Assembly: GCA_038894195.1 (NCBI GenBank)
Contig: JAWAPZ010000001.1
Span: 129,566 to 193,565, forward strand
Length of the DNA stretch: 64,000 nt
Reading direction: 5' to 3'
From: Candidatus Pacearchaeota archaeon
Lineage (GTDB): Archaea > Nanobdellota > Nanobdellia > Pacearchaeales > UBA284
The notes under the pieces are model-generated. The model searched no databases. It saw only the letters and a program-made list of their open reading frames with translations, and was not told the origin of the DNA. Positions 18,579-28,799 of this stretch are shown piece after piece; position 1 is the stretch's first letter; each line of letters opens with the position of its first letter. The position numbers and the translations under genes were made by a program.

Positions 18579-18681
18579 GAAAATAAAAAAGAGGGCATAT
18601 TAATAAATATTTTGATGCCTTTTACTTTATTTTTTAATGTAGTACAGTAAACTATATATAAAAATATAACTTCTGTTTTTT

Positions 18682-18960
18682 ATGGCTAAGAGGATAAATA
18701 TAATATACCTTGGGTCTCGAAACGAAGAGAATAAATACATACTTTGCGAACATAAAAGTTATGATCCTTCTGATAAAGACACCAAGTTTAAGGATCTCAC
18801 CTCATTACTTAAATTTCTAAATAACGGTTTTTTGCATAGGAAAAGACTATTAGAGGTGGCTTTAGATAAAGAAATACCACCAGAAGATAAGGAAAAACTT
18901 GTAAACTTTATTAAAGGAAACTTTCCAAGAGCTAAGATTATAGATTATCAATTATTTTAA
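18682..18960 (+). CDS. Hypothetical protein
   Basis: 92-aa ORF, no motif. Confidence 0.3.
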   Translation: MAKRINIIYLGSRNEENKYILCEHKSYDPSDKDTKFKDLTSLLKFLNNGFLHRKRLLEVALDKEIPPEDKEKLVNFIKGNFPRAKIIDYQLF

Positions 18961-19182
18961 GTCTCTCATTAATTTTTCGCAATTTATATATAATATGATT
19001 GGATCTTCTGAGAAAAGCCCTTTTTTCTTAAGTAGTTCTTCTGGAATTTTTATATGCTCTCGAGGTTGTGTTTGATACTTGTCTCCTAAAGATTCTAATC
19101 CATTTTTCTTTAAAACGTGATGAGGGGGAGAATTACAAGTATAGTGAATTACAAATCTGCCTTGCTGTGCTTCATTTTTCAT
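18952..19182 (-). CDS. Hypothetical protein
   Basis: 76-aa ORF, no motif. Confidence 0.25.
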   Translation of the reverse strand: MKNEAQQGRFVIHYTCNSPPHHVLKKNGLESLGDKYQTQPREHIKIPEELLKKKGLFSEDPIILYINCEKLMRDLK

Positions 19183-19247
19183 ATTTTTTAAAAGAAATCT
19201 TTATTTATAAATCTTTCTATTTGTTGTTACCAAATAATAACAAAAAA

Positions 19248-19320
19248 TGCTCCTGCCGAGATTTGAACTCGGGTCACAGCCGTGAGAGGGCTGTATCCTT
19301 GGCCTCTAGACTACAGGAGC
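19248..19320 (-). tRNA. tRNA-Glu(CTC), intron-less
   Basis: Reverse complement: GCTCCTG/CAGGAGC acceptor, anticodon stem CAGCC/GGCTG with loop CTCTCAC, T-arm CGAG-TTCAAAT-CTCG. Discriminator A. Confidence 0.85.
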
Positions 19321-19343
19321 TAGAACTGTAAGAAAAGAGAAGT

Positions 19344-19493
19344 TTAAAAATTTTCACCAAGTTTTTTAACAACAATAAGCTCGCCACAATTACTACAAGA
19401 ATAAAAAGTATCGTACTGATTATTAGCTTTAACCTTTGCTTTTGCTTTACATTTCGGACATTCAACTTCGATTTCTTTATATTCTGGTTTCAT
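19344..19493 (-). CDS. Small C4 zinc-ribbon protein (49 aa), not in the ORF track
   Basis: Reverse translation MKPEYKEIEVECPKCKAKAKVKANNQYDTFYSCSNCGELIVVKKLGENF, with CxxC...CxxCG, lying between tRNA genes. Could be an RpoP, Nop10 or ribosomal-type zinc ribbon; identity unresolved. Confidence 0.45.
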   Translation of the reverse strand: MKPEYKEIEVECPKCKAKAKVKANNQYDTFYSCSNCGELIVVKKLGENF

Positions 19494-19557
19494 TTTTGCT
19501 AGTATTTTTTTAAAGGTATGATTGTATTTATATTTTTTGATGCTCGAAAATATAGAA

Positions 19558-19657
19558 TAGCCCTGCCAGGATTTTCTTAAGCATCTAAAAAATGCTCGTT
19601 CGAACCTGGGTCCTTTGGGCCAGAGCCAAAGATCCTTGACCGCTAGACTACAGGGCT
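19558..19657 (-). tRNA. tRNA-Gln(CTG) with 27-nt intron at T-loop position 59/60
   Basis: Reverse complement: AGCCCTG/CAGGGCT acceptor. Anticodon stem TTTGG/CCAAA with loop CTCTGGC. T-arm CCAGG-TTCGAA[CGAGCATTTTTTAGATGCTTAAGAAAA]T-CCTGG. Confidence 0.75.
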
Positions 19658-19711
19658 TTAATATTAAAAAAACAATTATCTTTAAAAAACCTTTTTCTTT
19701 ACTATTTTTAA

Positions 19712-19797
19712 GCCTCGGTAGCTCAGTTGGTTAGTAGCGCGACCTTGGTAATTAACTAAAAAGGTCGAGGTCCCGTGTTCAAATCACGGCCGAGGCT
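19712..19797 (+). tRNA. tRNA-Thr(GGT) with short (~11-nt) anticodon-loop intron
   Basis: GCCTCGG/CCGAGGC acceptor. Anticodon stem CGACC/GGTCG enclosing TTGGTAA plus TTAACTAAAAA. T-arm CCGTG-TTCAAAT-CACGG. D-stem pairing is imperfect. Confidence 0.65.
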
Positions 19798-19834
19798 TCA
19801 CAATATTTAAAAACTCGTTAAGCTTGAAAAAAAG

Positions 19835-20320
19835 ATGGAAAAAAATGTTAGTCTTTCTGAAATTAGGAAAAAATACAAAAAACTTGAGAGCAAATACAAA
19901 CTGCCTAGTTTTTCTGATCTAAATGAAGAGTTTGAAATTGAAAAAGTTCAAGAAAGGGAGACTGAATTTTTGCTAAGAGAAATTAGGAGAGCAATGAGTG
20001 ATAAGGTTATAGCTTTCCTAAGATTTTTAGAACTTTTTTTGAATCCTGTAACTGCGCCGCTTTTCGTTCTAGTTGCTTTAAAAAATATGAGCATTCAGGA
20101 TAAGGAGAAAATGGAAAGCTTATATCAAGAACTTGTGAGGGTAGAAATTAAATCGATAATTTTAGACATAGAATATAGTGAAGCCGAAGAAGCAAAATTC
20201 ATAAAAGAAATATATGCGAAATGGAAAGAAGTCAAAAAAGAGCTTGGTGAAATTTGTAAAGAAATTGAAAAAGTACATGAAAAAAGTTCTGAAAAAAAGA
20301 GTAAGAGTTATTTTGGTTAG
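19835..20320 (+). CDS. Hypothetical coiled-coil protein
   Basis: 161 aa, charged and helical, no motif. Confidence 0.35.
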   Translation: MEKNVSLSEIRKKYKKLESKYKLPSFSDLNEEFEIEKVQERETEFLLREIRRAMSDKVIAFLRFLELFLNPVTAPLFVLVALKNMSIQDKEKMESLYQELVRVEIKSIILDIEYSEAEEAKFIKEIYAKWKEVKKELGEICKEIEKVHEKSSEKKSKSYFG

Positions 20321-20332
20321 TTGGTTAAGGTT

Positions 20333-21991
20333 CTAGAATAATTCATCAAAAAAGAGCTCGAGAGCTGAAACCGGCATTTTGAGATTCCAATTCTCAAGAA
20401 CTTGTGGGGCTATCTCACCGATAATCCCTATTTTTTTGTCCTGTATTACAATCTCTGCTGCTCTTCCAGGAATAAAAAAAGAACTGTCCACTGGTTCAAG
20501 TTTATATTCCTTTTTAACATTTTTCATTAAATATGCTAAAATCTGTGCAACCTCTGTGAAATTTGCTTTTGCATGTGAAATTGTTAAAGCTAGTTTTGTT
20601 TTATTCTCAGCCTTGGTCTCATTTTCCAAATTTTGCTTGACAATTTCTCCAATTTCAAAGATCTTCTGAGGAAAATCTTTTGTTGTATTAAAAGCAAGAA
20701 ACTTGAGCTGAGAAGGTAAAAGTCTCGTTCTTAAACAAGTAAACGTTTCTGAAACCGGGTTTAAAATTTCAATCGCTTGTTCTGGTTTAAGATTCATGTT
20801 ATCAAACTGTTCTTTTTTATTGCTCAGTATCTGTGAATTTATCTCTTGAAAGCCTAAACCAATAAGTAACTCAGAAATTTTTTCTTTTTTCTTTGTTTCT
20901 TCTAAGAGATTACCGACCGTATAAAATTTCAACTCTTCTGGTAAAATATTTTTATAACCAAACGCAATTGCAATATCCTCAATAATGTCGACTGTATGAA
21001 TCACGTCCTGCCTATAAAAAGGGATTTCAATAATAAGTTTATCTTTTGTTTTTGATTCTTTGGCACTATATCTCAACTTATGGAGCAACTCAATAACTTG
21101 TCTAGATTTTAATTTTAATCCAAGCAAAGAGGTAATTTCTTGTAATTCTAAAATTTTCACTCTTGTGGTAAAAATTGGTGTTGCAGTCCTCTTCGTACCA
21201 CGAATTTCTACTGTAAAAATTTTGCCTCCACGCTCGGCTAATGCAGAAACTACAACATTAAGAACATTAGAAATTTTATTTAGATTGAAGCCAGAAACCT
21301 CTATGAACACGTTCTTAGTCTTTTCTGTCACCTTGCCCGAATATTCCGAATTAATTATTGGTGGCATGCTTAGAACATTTTCAGCAGCATCAATAAAAAT
21401 TGGGTACTCTTTTGCTTGTTGGAGTAAACCAGCATAAGCCTGCCCCTTTTCATGTTTTTCTAAAATTTGCTTTAGGGTAAGCCTTTCAACAAAACCTAAT
21501 GGTACAAAACTAAGTGATTCTGGTTTGAAAGTTGTGTAGGTTATTGGCCATACAATCTTATCAAAATCATAGATGCCAATTGCAGCTTCTTTTCTTTTTC
21601 TTCCAAATGTCTCAGAAAGTTTTTCTTGTAATTGTATAATCTGTTGTATCATAGCATTATTGAAATGAAGATCTTTGACAACAGCACACACTGTGTAGGG
21701 CCTAACCCGTCTTACCTTTGGATTGACATTTACAAAGTAATTAGACTGTTCAATCTTGTAATTTGCCAGGCCTTTTTCTTTGCCAAGAATCCCTTTTAGC
21801 TCGCGAGCTATACCTTCAACTGACAAGAGATCTGCACGGTTCGCATCCTCTATTTCAAGTGAAAGATTATCGTTTTCAACTTTTTCTATGTTTATTTTTG
21901 TAAATTCTAAAATCTCTTTTAATTGCTCTAAAGAGAACCTTTTTTTACATAAATTTTCTAGATCTTTTTTGCTTATTTCTAGTTTTGGCAT
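20333..21991 (-). CDS. pheT: Phenylalanyl-tRNA synthetase beta subunit (archaeal)
   Basis: 552 aa with B3/4 and B5 domain-like regions. Immediately downstream of pheS. Confidence 0.9.
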   Translation of the reverse strand: MPKLEISKKDLENLCKKRFSLEQLKEILEFTKINIEKVENDNLSLEIEDANRADLLSVEGIARELKGILGKEKGLANYKIEQSNYFVNVNPKVRRVRPYTVCAVVKDLHFNNAMIQQIIQLQEKLSETFGRKRKEAAIGIYDFDKIVWPITYTTFKPESLSFVPLGFVERLTLKQILEKHEKGQAYAGLLQQAKEYPIFIDAAENVLSMPPIINSEYSGKVTEKTKNVFIEVSGFNLNKISNVLNVVVSALAERGGKIFTVEIRGTKRTATPIFTTRVKILELQEITSLLGLKLKSRQVIELLHKLRYSAKESKTKDKLIIEIPFYRQDVIHTVDIIEDIAIAFGYKNILPEELKFYTVGNLLEETKKKEKISELLIGLGFQEINSQILSNKKEQFDNMNLKPEQAIEILNPVSETFTCLRTRLLPSQLKFLAFNTTKDFPQKIFEIGEIVKQNLENETKAENKTKLALTISHAKANFTEVAQILAYLMKNVKKEYKLEPVDSSFFIPGRAAEIVIQDKKIGIIGEIAPQVLENWNLKMPVSALELFFDELF

Positions 21992-21998
21992 TTTTTAG

Positions 21999-23489
21999 TT
22001 ACGCTTTTCTCAAAAAATTTATGTCTTGGGTAAAAAGATCGCGGATATCTGTAATATTCTCGCGTACCATAAATAATCTGTCTATACCAATTCCCCACGC
22101 AAGAACTTTTTCTTTGATTCCTAGTGGCAATGTAACCTCTGGCCTAAAAATTCCTGCTGGCAAAACTTCAATCCAACCGTGTTTTTCATGGTACAAATAC
22201 CCTTGAACACTCGGTTCTGTGAATGGAAAATAAGCTGGTGAAAATTTTACCTTATCTGTTTTAGCTATTTTTTTGGCAAATGTTGTTAGCAAGTACAATA
22301 AATTCCTAAAATTGACTTCTCCTATGACTATTCCTTCGAGCTGATTAAATTCGGTCAGATGTCTCGCATCGACAATGTCTGGCCTAAAACATCTAGCTAT
22401 TGCAAAATATTTTCCTGGAATTTTCGGTTTAGAAGCGAGTATTCTTGCAGAAATCGCTGTTCCCTGACTTCTAAGAACTAGTTTGGCTGTTTCTTCATTG
22501 TTAAATTTGTAATTCCAACCATCTGAACCAGTTTTCCACCCATTTTCATGAGTTTTTTTCACTTGTTCCAGTATTTTTATATTTTTTCGAAGATCTGCCT
22601 TACCATAGACAAAATAAAGGTCATGAATGCCGCGAGCAGGATGATTTTGTGGCATGAACAAAGAGTCGCAGTTCCAAAAATTTGATTCTACTAAAGGCCC
22701 GGTTGCTTCTTCAAAACCAAGTGAAAGAAGTTCCTGTCTTACTTCATCAAGAAATTTTAAATAAGGATGCCTTTTGCCACCAAAAATATCCGGGAGTTTT
22801 ACATTCAGATCATAAATTCTAAATTTTTTTCCTTTCCATTTTTTACTTTTAATCATTTCTGGAGTTAACTGTTCTAGAAGTTCTTGTTTAAACATTCTCA
22901 ACTTGTTTATAAGCTCGTGGCATTCGGGTGTTACTTCCATACTTATTTTCTCTTTTCTCTCTACAATAATTATTTTTTTCCTTTTCCTTAATTCTTCTAA
23001 TATGCTTCGATCTTGCGTCGGTACTTTCTCTAAAGGTAAAGGTAAAAGCTCAAGAAATTTTTCTTCAGGAAACTTGTTTATTAAATCCTCTTTTGTCTTA
23101 CTGAGTATTACGTTACGGTTTTCGATTTTGATTATATTTTTAGATTTTAATACACCTAAAGCAATTTGAAATTCATTGTCAGTAAGCCCGGATTGTTCTT
23201 TTACTTTTTCCAATTTTAAATGTGGATTTTCTACAAGTAGATTCAATAATTTTCGCTCTGGGAGCCCATTTTTTTTGTACAAGATTCCATTAACATCAAG
23301 ATCTACTATTTCCTCGGATGCTTTTTTTATTTTAACTAAATCCTTCTTTTCGAGAAATTGTAATGCGCGCTTGAGTGTAGTTTCATCTAACCCACTTGCT
23401 TCTTCAATCTTTTCAAAATCTCTAAGCTCAAGAAATGGTAGAATCTTTTTTTCTATAGGGCTTAAAGATAAAAGTTTATTCTCTTCCAT
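21999..23489 (-). CDS. pheS: Phenylalanyl-tRNA synthetase alpha subunit (archaeal)
   Basis: Class II core FRPDIVDARHLTEFNQLEG and GIGIDRLFM. N-terminal winged-helix repeats. Confidence 0.9.
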   Translation of the reverse strand: MEENKLLSLSPIEKKILPFLELRDFEKIEEASGLDETTLKRALQFLEKKDLVKIKKASEEIVDLDVNGILYKKNGLPERKLLNLLVENPHLKLEKVKEQSGLTDNEFQIALGVLKSKNIIKIENRNVILSKTKEDLINKFPEEKFLELLPLPLEKVPTQDRSILEELRKRKKIIIVERKEKISMEVTPECHELINKLRMFKQELLEQLTPEMIKSKKWKGKKFRIYDLNVKLPDIFGGKRHPYLKFLDEVRQELLSLGFEEATGPLVESNFWNCDSLFMPQNHPARGIHDLYFVYGKADLRKNIKILEQVKKTHENGWKTGSDGWNYKFNNEETAKLVLRSQGTAISARILASKPKIPGKYFAIARCFRPDIVDARHLTEFNQLEGIVIGEVNFRNLLYLLTTFAKKIAKTDKVKFSPAYFPFTEPSVQGYLYHEKHGWIEVLPAGIFRPEVTLPLGIKEKVLAWGIGIDRLFMVRENITDIRDLFTQDINFLRKA

Positions 23490-23527
23490 ACATAATTAAA
23501 GAAAGAGGAATTTTAAAAGGTTGTGCT

Positions 23528-25087
23528 TTACTTTCTTTTTCTAGCCTTTGCTGAGGCGGACTCTTTTGTTATTCTTTTTGGTTTTCTTGCAAGGAAAATT
23601 GTTAAAAGAATTATTATTATTATCAAAACAATTATCAAAATAAACCATCCAAGATTTCTTTGCAATTCAAAAAGAAATTGCTGCCATGCAGAAGCTGGCT
23701 TCGTTTCTCTCTGAACTCTTACTTCAATTTCCTGGCTTTTCGACACAGAATCGAAAGCGACCGTTATCTTAAAAGTATTGACTAAAGAGGCGTTTTCTTT
23801 TGGCTTGAGAGTTATAAAAAAATTACCTTGCGATCCTGGCTCGAGCTCGAGAGAGCTTGGCTCTATTTCAATTATAGAAGCCCACGACTCATAATCGGAA
23901 ACTAAAATAGAATAATTTGTCTTGACATTTCCTGTATTGGCTATAGTTACTCTTATTGCGACATCTTGACCAATATAGGCTGTAACACTTTCTGTTACTA
24001 TTGAAACATCTTTTAGTATTGTTCTACAATTGTCTCTCAGCTCAACTTCAATACTATCATAAATGCTTATTGTATCGGAAAAAACACGAATCTCAAAAAT
24101 ATATTTTCCTGGAGCAACTACAGGCAATACATCTTGAAAAAAGAAATTTTTGCTTTCTCCCTCGTCAATACTTTTTCTTTGCTCTGAGCTAAAATTTATT
24201 TCGGTGTTGTAAACTTTGACTATAACGTCTTCATCACTTTTCCCTGCGTTCGCAACTTTTAGATGCAACCCTAAAGGAGCATTGCAAGCGATAGGCGATG
24301 TAAAAGTTTTCTTTTCTATAACAAGAGAATGCGTTCTTTTTTTGATCTGTATGCTTATACTTTTTTCTTTGCATTGCTTCTCTTCGTTACCGTCTTCATA
24401 AACTTTAACATTAACAGCATATTCATGATTTGGATTTATGTTGTAAGGAACTTTTAAGTTTAGTGTGTAATCTTTATCTTCGTCTTCATCGAGAGTATCC
24501 TCGAGAGAAGTTTCGTCTATTGCATCGTTATCTGTCAAGTCAAAAAGTTCTGCTTCGATAACAATATCGACTTCTTCGCCTCTATTTTCAACATTCAGCT
24601 CTATAGTAATATTTTCGCCCGCATAAAATCTATCGCCGTTTTTTGGCTTATCAACATCAAGAACAAGCTGTCTTCCTTTTTCGCCATACTCGCAAAATTG
24701 TTTTTTAACATTCAAATCAAAATTAAAACTTGTTGAGGCGTTCTCTCCAGTTACATTTATTGTTACTGTTTTCTTTCCAAGAGCAGTACTTGAAGATGCG
24801 CTCAAAGTGAAGCCGACAATAACAGAAGAACCGTTTTCTAGAACTATGTTGGTTTGGTTGAAGATTATGCTTACGCCAGAAGGCAAATTCAATGCATTGA
24901 AAGTTATGTTTGTTACAGTCTCATTACCGATGTTTGTCAAATTGAAGGAACTTGAAATGTTGCTACTTCTGTAAAGGCTTAAAGAACTCGGACTATTGCT
25001 TATAGATAAAATTCCCTGAGCAAAAGCAACTTGAGCAAAAATAACTATAAAAACGATGCTTAAAAAAAGCTTCATTGGTTTATTCAT
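23528..25087 (-). CDS. Secreted cell-surface protein with signal peptide and C-terminal TM anchor plus basic tail (CARDB/NEW3-like beta domains)
   Basis: N-terminal MNKPMKLFLSIVFIVIFAQVAFAQG. Many N-x-S/T sequons. C-terminal TM followed by ARKPKRITKESASAKARKRK. Confidence 0.5.
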   Translation of the reverse strand: MNKPMKLFLSIVFIVIFAQVAFAQGILSISNSPSSLSLYRSSNISSSFNLTNIGNETVTNITFNALNLPSGVSIIFNQTNIVLENGSSVIVGFTLSASSSTALGKKTVTINVTGENASTSFNFDLNVKKQFCEYGEKGRQLVLDVDKPKNGDRFYAGENITIELNVENRGEEVDIVIEAELFDLTDNDAIDETSLEDTLDEDEDKDYTLNLKVPYNINPNHEYAVNVKVYEDGNEEKQCKEKSISIQIKKRTHSLVIEKKTFTSPIACNAPLGLHLKVANAGKSDEDVIVKVYNTEINFSSEQRKSIDEGESKNFFFQDVLPVVAPGKYIFEIRVFSDTISIYDSIEVELRDNCRTILKDVSIVTESVTAYIGQDVAIRVTIANTGNVKTNYSILVSDYESWASIIEIEPSSLELEPGSQGNFFITLKPKENASLVNTFKITVAFDSVSKSQEIEVRVQRETKPASAWQQFLFELQRNLGWFILIIVLIIIIILLTIFLARKPKRITKESASAKARKRK

Positions 25088-25202
25088 GTTCCCCTAGCCT
25101 TCGAGTTCTATTATTTTTGTTGTAATTCTTAAGTTAAATCACTTTAAAAACTTTTCGTTTCCAAAACGATTATTTTAAAAATCAAAAATTCTTTGAGAAA
25201 AC

Positions 25203-25802
25203 ATGAAAACCATTAAAAAAGAGATTAGAATTCTTGGGATTGATGATACGCCTTTTAAAAAATTTGAAAGAGGTAAAAAGATTTTAATTATCGGGGTTAT
25301 TTTTCGTGGTGGTGAATTCCTTGACGGGGTTATTTCAACCAATATTAAAATAGACTGTGATGACGCAACAAAAAAAATTGTAGAGATGATAAAAGAAACA
25401 CGCCACATTGGACAACTTAGATGTATAATGTTGAAGGGTTTGTCTCTTGGTGGTTTTAATGTGATAGATATCAAGGAAATAAAAAAAAGAACGAAACTAC
25501 CAGTGATTATTTTTATGAGAAAAAAACCGAATTTTAATAAAATAAATAAGGCTCTTAAAAAAGCAATTAAAAATGAAAATAAAAGAAGAAGAAAAATAGA
25601 TTTAATGAAAAAAGCTGGAAAAATATTTACAGTAAAAATAAAAACAAAGAAAGTTTATTTTCAGATTGCAGGAATTTCAGAGAAAAAAGCTTCTGAAATA
25701 ATAAAACTTACAAGTACTCGGGCCTTGGTGCCTGAACCATTAAGGGTGGCTCATCTTATAGCACAAGGAATTACTCTTGGAGAAAGTAAAGGACGAGCTT
25801 AA
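25203..25802 (+). CDS. DUF99/UPF0215 family protein (RNase H-like fold, archaeal)
   Basis: N-terminal IRILGIDDTPF...IIGVIFRGGEFLDGV resembles the DUF99 consensus. Confidence 0.5.
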   Translation: MKTIKKEIRILGIDDTPFKKFERGKKILIIGVIFRGGEFLDGVISTNIKIDCDDATKKIVEMIKETRHIGQLRCIMLKGLSLGGFNVIDIKEIKKRTKLPVIIFMRKKPNFNKINKALKKAIKNENKRRRKIDLMKKAGKIFTVKIKTKKVYFQIAGISEKKASEIIKLTSTRALVPEPLRVAHLIAQGITLGESKGRA

Positions 25803-26075
25803 TTAAAAATTCGCAAAAGCATTTTTTATTTTTTGTATTGCTTCTGCAACTTGTTGGCCTTTGTTTGTTAATTTGATTAATTTGATTCTACCCTTTTTCT
25901 CAAAACCAACAAGATTGTATTTTTCTAAACTCTGTAAAATTTTTACAGCATGACTGTACGTACAATCAACCTCCTTGGCAAGCAAAGAACCATACCTTAC
26001 TCTTGCACTTTTTTTTAATGCAAGAAGAATTAAAGCTGGTTTTTTTCTAAAAAAAGTATCAAACGCGTCTTTCAT
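25803..26075 (-). CDS. Winged-helix transcriptional regulator
   Basis: 90 aa. LAKEVDCTYSHAVKILQSLEKYNLVGF looks like a helix-turn-helix recognition helix. Confidence 0.5.
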   Translation of the reverse strand: MKDAFDTFFRKKPALILLALKKSARVRYGSLLAKEVDCTYSHAVKILQSLEKYNLVGFEKKGRIKLIKLTNKGQQVAEAIQKIKNAFANF

Positions 26076-26216
26076 TTTTCCTCAGCCTTGTGTATACTAA
26101 AAACTATATGTTACAGTATAGTATTCCTTTATAAATTTTTCGTTGGATTAAAAAATTTAAAAATTTTTGTTTTTCCTTCGGTAAAATTTATTTAAGAATT
26201 TGTAAATCGACGATTT

Positions 26217-27125
26217 TTAAAAAGTATTTATGCCAGAATCAGAAATTTTTTTCAACTTTTGATAATTTTTCTCAAAAATTTTTTTCAGTTCTATAATATC
26301 TTTTTCTTTCAAATGAGAAAATCTTCCTTGAACCTTAAGATAATTTTCCAGTTTTTCTTCTGGAAATTCTTGTAGCTTAAGCCTTCCATTTTCAATTTCG
26401 AATAAAAGATAGACTTTAGAATTTACAGCTTGTTTTGCAAGCTTGATTGTTATGTTGCTAGGAATTTTCCATCCTGGAATACAAGGACATAACACTTGGA
26501 TGTATGCTGGTCCGCCCTCTTTACCTGGTCTATGAATATGCTCTAAAGCTTTTTTCAGCTTGCTCTTAAAATCTTCAAGATAACCTATAGAAGCAGTTGC
26601 AACATAAACATTGCCATGACTTGCCACAAGGAACGGCATGTTTTTCTTTACTTCAAGTTTTCCATGAATAACTGAACCAAAAGGCGAGGTTGTTGTATCT
26701 GCATGTAATGGGGTAGCACCACTCCGCTGAATTCCTGTGTTCATATAAGCTTCATTGTCATAACAAATATAAAGAACTCGATGACCTCGTTCAAGCATTC
26801 CAGAAAGTGCTTGTAATCCTATATCAAAAGTCCCGCCATCACCAGCTATAGCAATAACATTTATTTTTTTTCCTTGTTTTTTTAATGCGGCTTCTATGCC
26901 AGATGCTGTTGCAGCTGTATTTTCAAAAGCTGAATGAATACAAGGGACTTTCCATGCTGTAAGAGGATAAACAGTTGAAACAACTTCCATACATCCTGTT
27001 GCAATTGTTACAATTGTATTTGGGCCAGCAATTTTTAGAATGTGTCTCATGGCAAGAGCTGAGCCACAACCTGCACACGCATTGTGCCCTGAAACAAAGC
27101 CTTCAAAGTTTTTTTGCTTTTTCAT
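26217..27125 (-). CDS. porB: Pyruvate:ferredoxin oxidoreductase beta subunit (TPP-binding)
   Basis: TPP motif IAIAGDGGTFDIG. CPC...GW C-terminal region. Confidence 0.9.
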   Translation of the reverse strand: MKKQKNFEGFVSGHNACAGCGSALAMRHILKIAGPNTIVTIATGCMEVVSTVYPLTAWKVPCIHSAFENTAATASGIEAALKKQGKKINVIAIAGDGGTFDIGLQALSGMLERGHRVLYICYDNEAYMNTGIQRSGATPLHADTTTSPFGSVIHGKLEVKKNMPFLVASHGNVYVATASIGYLEDFKSKLKKALEHIHRPGKEGGPAYIQVLCPCIPGWKIPSNITIKLAKQAVNSKVYLLFEIENGRLKLQEFPEEKLENYLKVQGRFSHLKEKDIIELKKIFEKNYQKLKKISDSGINTF

Positions 27126-27439
27126 TTTATTTTAAATTTTATTATAAACAATTTTGTTTTTGAAGTAACTTTTTTCTTATAATAATGAGAAAAAATTTTG
27201 CACATTTCTTCAATATTCTTATAAACTTTATGCCCTTCCTTGTCTTCTTTTGTTAAATTTTCGAAAGTAGTTTTTTTTATCCACAAAACTTTTGCTTTTG
27301 CAAATTTTTTTCCATTAGCATAAAATAATAGTTTTTCACCTGGATTAAGCTTTTCATATTTTTTTCCTATTCTCCATGTTATGGTTTTCTTACCTGTTAA
27401 AATTCTTTCTATACTGCTTTCTAAAAAATTTATTTTCAT
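27122..27439 (-). CDS. ASCH/PUA-like domain protein embedded in the por operon
   Basis: ILTGKKTITWRIGKK resembles the ASCH GxKxxExR signature. Overlaps porA stop and porB start by 4 nt. Confidence 0.4.
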   Translation of the reverse strand: MKINFLESSIERILTGKKTITWRIGKKYEKLNPGEKLLFYANGKKFAKAKVLWIKKTTFENLTKEDKEGHKVYKNIEEMCKIFSHYYKKKVTSKTKLFIIKFKIK

Positions 27440-28530
27440 TTTATCAACTTTTTAATCATCCGTGGTGTAATGTCTTGGCCACCTAAGCCAAGGATGTGTG
27501 AATTTATTTTTACATTGTCTTGTAAAATTGCTTTGACTTCAGTATATAGAGGAGCATGGCTGCCTAGAGATATCGCCCTATCAATAACATCAATTCTTTT
27601 CAGATTTTTGCATGCCGTTTGTAATTCTTTTTTAGGAAAAGGCCTAAAAGATTTTATCCTTATTAAACCAACTTTTTTAGTTTTCTGTCCTTGTAAAACG
27701 TGTTTTATTGTTGAACACTGAGAACCTAGAGCTATAACTGCTTGATTTGTATCTTGCATATTAAAAGTTTCAATTAGGCCATTTCCATACACACGGTAGA
27801 ACTTTTCTTTAAATTCAGAGTTTACTTTTTTAATTACTTCTAAAGCTTGTTTCATTGCGTTTTGTTGCTGCACTTTAAACTTCCAGTAATTATCAGGAAA
27901 AGCAACTGAACCCATTGTAACTGGCTTCTTTGGATCAAGAATATAGTTTGGTTTGTAAGTTGGCAAGAAGCTAGAAACTTGTTTTTCATTTAACAGTTCA
28001 ACATTTTCAGAAACATGACTTAAAGTGAAACCATCTATACAAACCATCACTGGCAACAAAACTTGCTCGGCAATTTTATAAGCCTGTAAAACAGTATCGT
28101 GAGCTTCTTGAACTGATTCACAGTATAGTTGAATCCAACCAGAATCACGAGAAGCCATCGTATCAGAATGATCACACCATATGTTCAGAGGCGCGCTTAA
28201 AGCTCTATTAACTGTAACCATCACAATAGGCAATCTCAAACCAGAAGCAATGAATAACATTTCATGCATTAAAGCTAAACCCTGGCTTGACGTAGCAGTA
28301 AAAGTTCTGCAACCAGTAGCTTCAGCACCTATGCAAATACTTAGTGCAGAATGTTCTGATTCTACATTTATAAATTCTGCTTGAAGTTTGCCATCTGCAT
28401 GCATCTTAGCAAGTTCTTCAACAATCAAAGTCTGTGGTGTTATTGGATATGCTGCTATGACTTCTGGTTTGCACAAACGAACAGCTTCTGCAATTGCCTT
28501 ACTGCATTGAATTGCTCTTGGAATTTTCAC
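27436..28530 (-). CDS. porA: Pyruvate:ferredoxin oxidoreductase alpha subunit
   Basis: 364 aa. Pyruvate-flavodoxin/ferredoxin oxidoreductase domain I/II pattern. Sits in the porG-D-A-B gene order. Confidence 0.9.
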   Translation of the reverse strand: MKIPRAIQCSKAIAEAVRLCKPEVIAAYPITPQTLIVEELAKMHADGKLQAEFINVESEHSALSICIGAEATGCRTFTATSSQGLALMHEMLFIASGLRLPIVMVTVNRALSAPLNIWCDHSDTMASRDSGWIQLYCESVQEAHDTVLQAYKIAEQVLLPVMVCIDGFTLSHVSENVELLNEKQVSSFLPTYKPNYILDPKKPVTMGSVAFPDNYWKFKVQQQNAMKQALEVIKKVNSEFKEKFYRVYGNGLIETFNMQDTNQAVIALGSQCSTIKHVLQGQKTKKVGLIRIKSFRPFPKKELQTACKNLKRIDVIDRAISLGSHAPLYTEVKAILQDNVKINSHILGLGGQDITPRMIKKLIK

Positions 28531-28799
28531 TTTTCCTCCTTAACCATAAGGATAGTATGGTTTGGGCATTCAATAGCACAGATGCCACAACCTTTGCAAT
28601 AACCATAATCAATAATTTTCTTACTATTAGTTATTTTTATTGCCCCCTCTGGGCAAAATTCTGCACATAAGCCACAGGCACTGCATTTTTTTAAATCAAT
28701 TTTTGGCCTTAAAGTTCTCCAGGAACCTGTTTTATTCTTGAGACTTGAACCAGGATCGGTTATTATTGCTGCAAAATTTATTTTTTCTTGTTTTTTCAT
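28527..28799 (-). CDS. porD: POR delta subunit (2x[4Fe-4S] ferredoxin)
   Basis: CSACGLCAEFCP and CKGCGICAIECP cluster motifs. Confidence 0.85.
   Translation of the reverse strand: MKKQEKINFAAIITDPGSSLKNKTGSWRTLRPKIDLKKCSACGLCAEFCPEGAIKITNSKKIIDYGYCKGCGICAIECPNHTILMVKEEK

Noticed and set aside
19274-19465. 63-aa minus-strand ORF from the six-frame track.
   Set aside because: It overlaps tRNA-Glu and is out of frame with the better-supported 49-aa zinc-ribbon gene, so it is spurious.
23523-25474. Several short ORFs on the strand opposite the 519-aa surface protein and in the spacer before DUF99 (for example 25175-25474).
   Set aside because: They have low-complexity hydrophobic translations and overlap better-supported genes.
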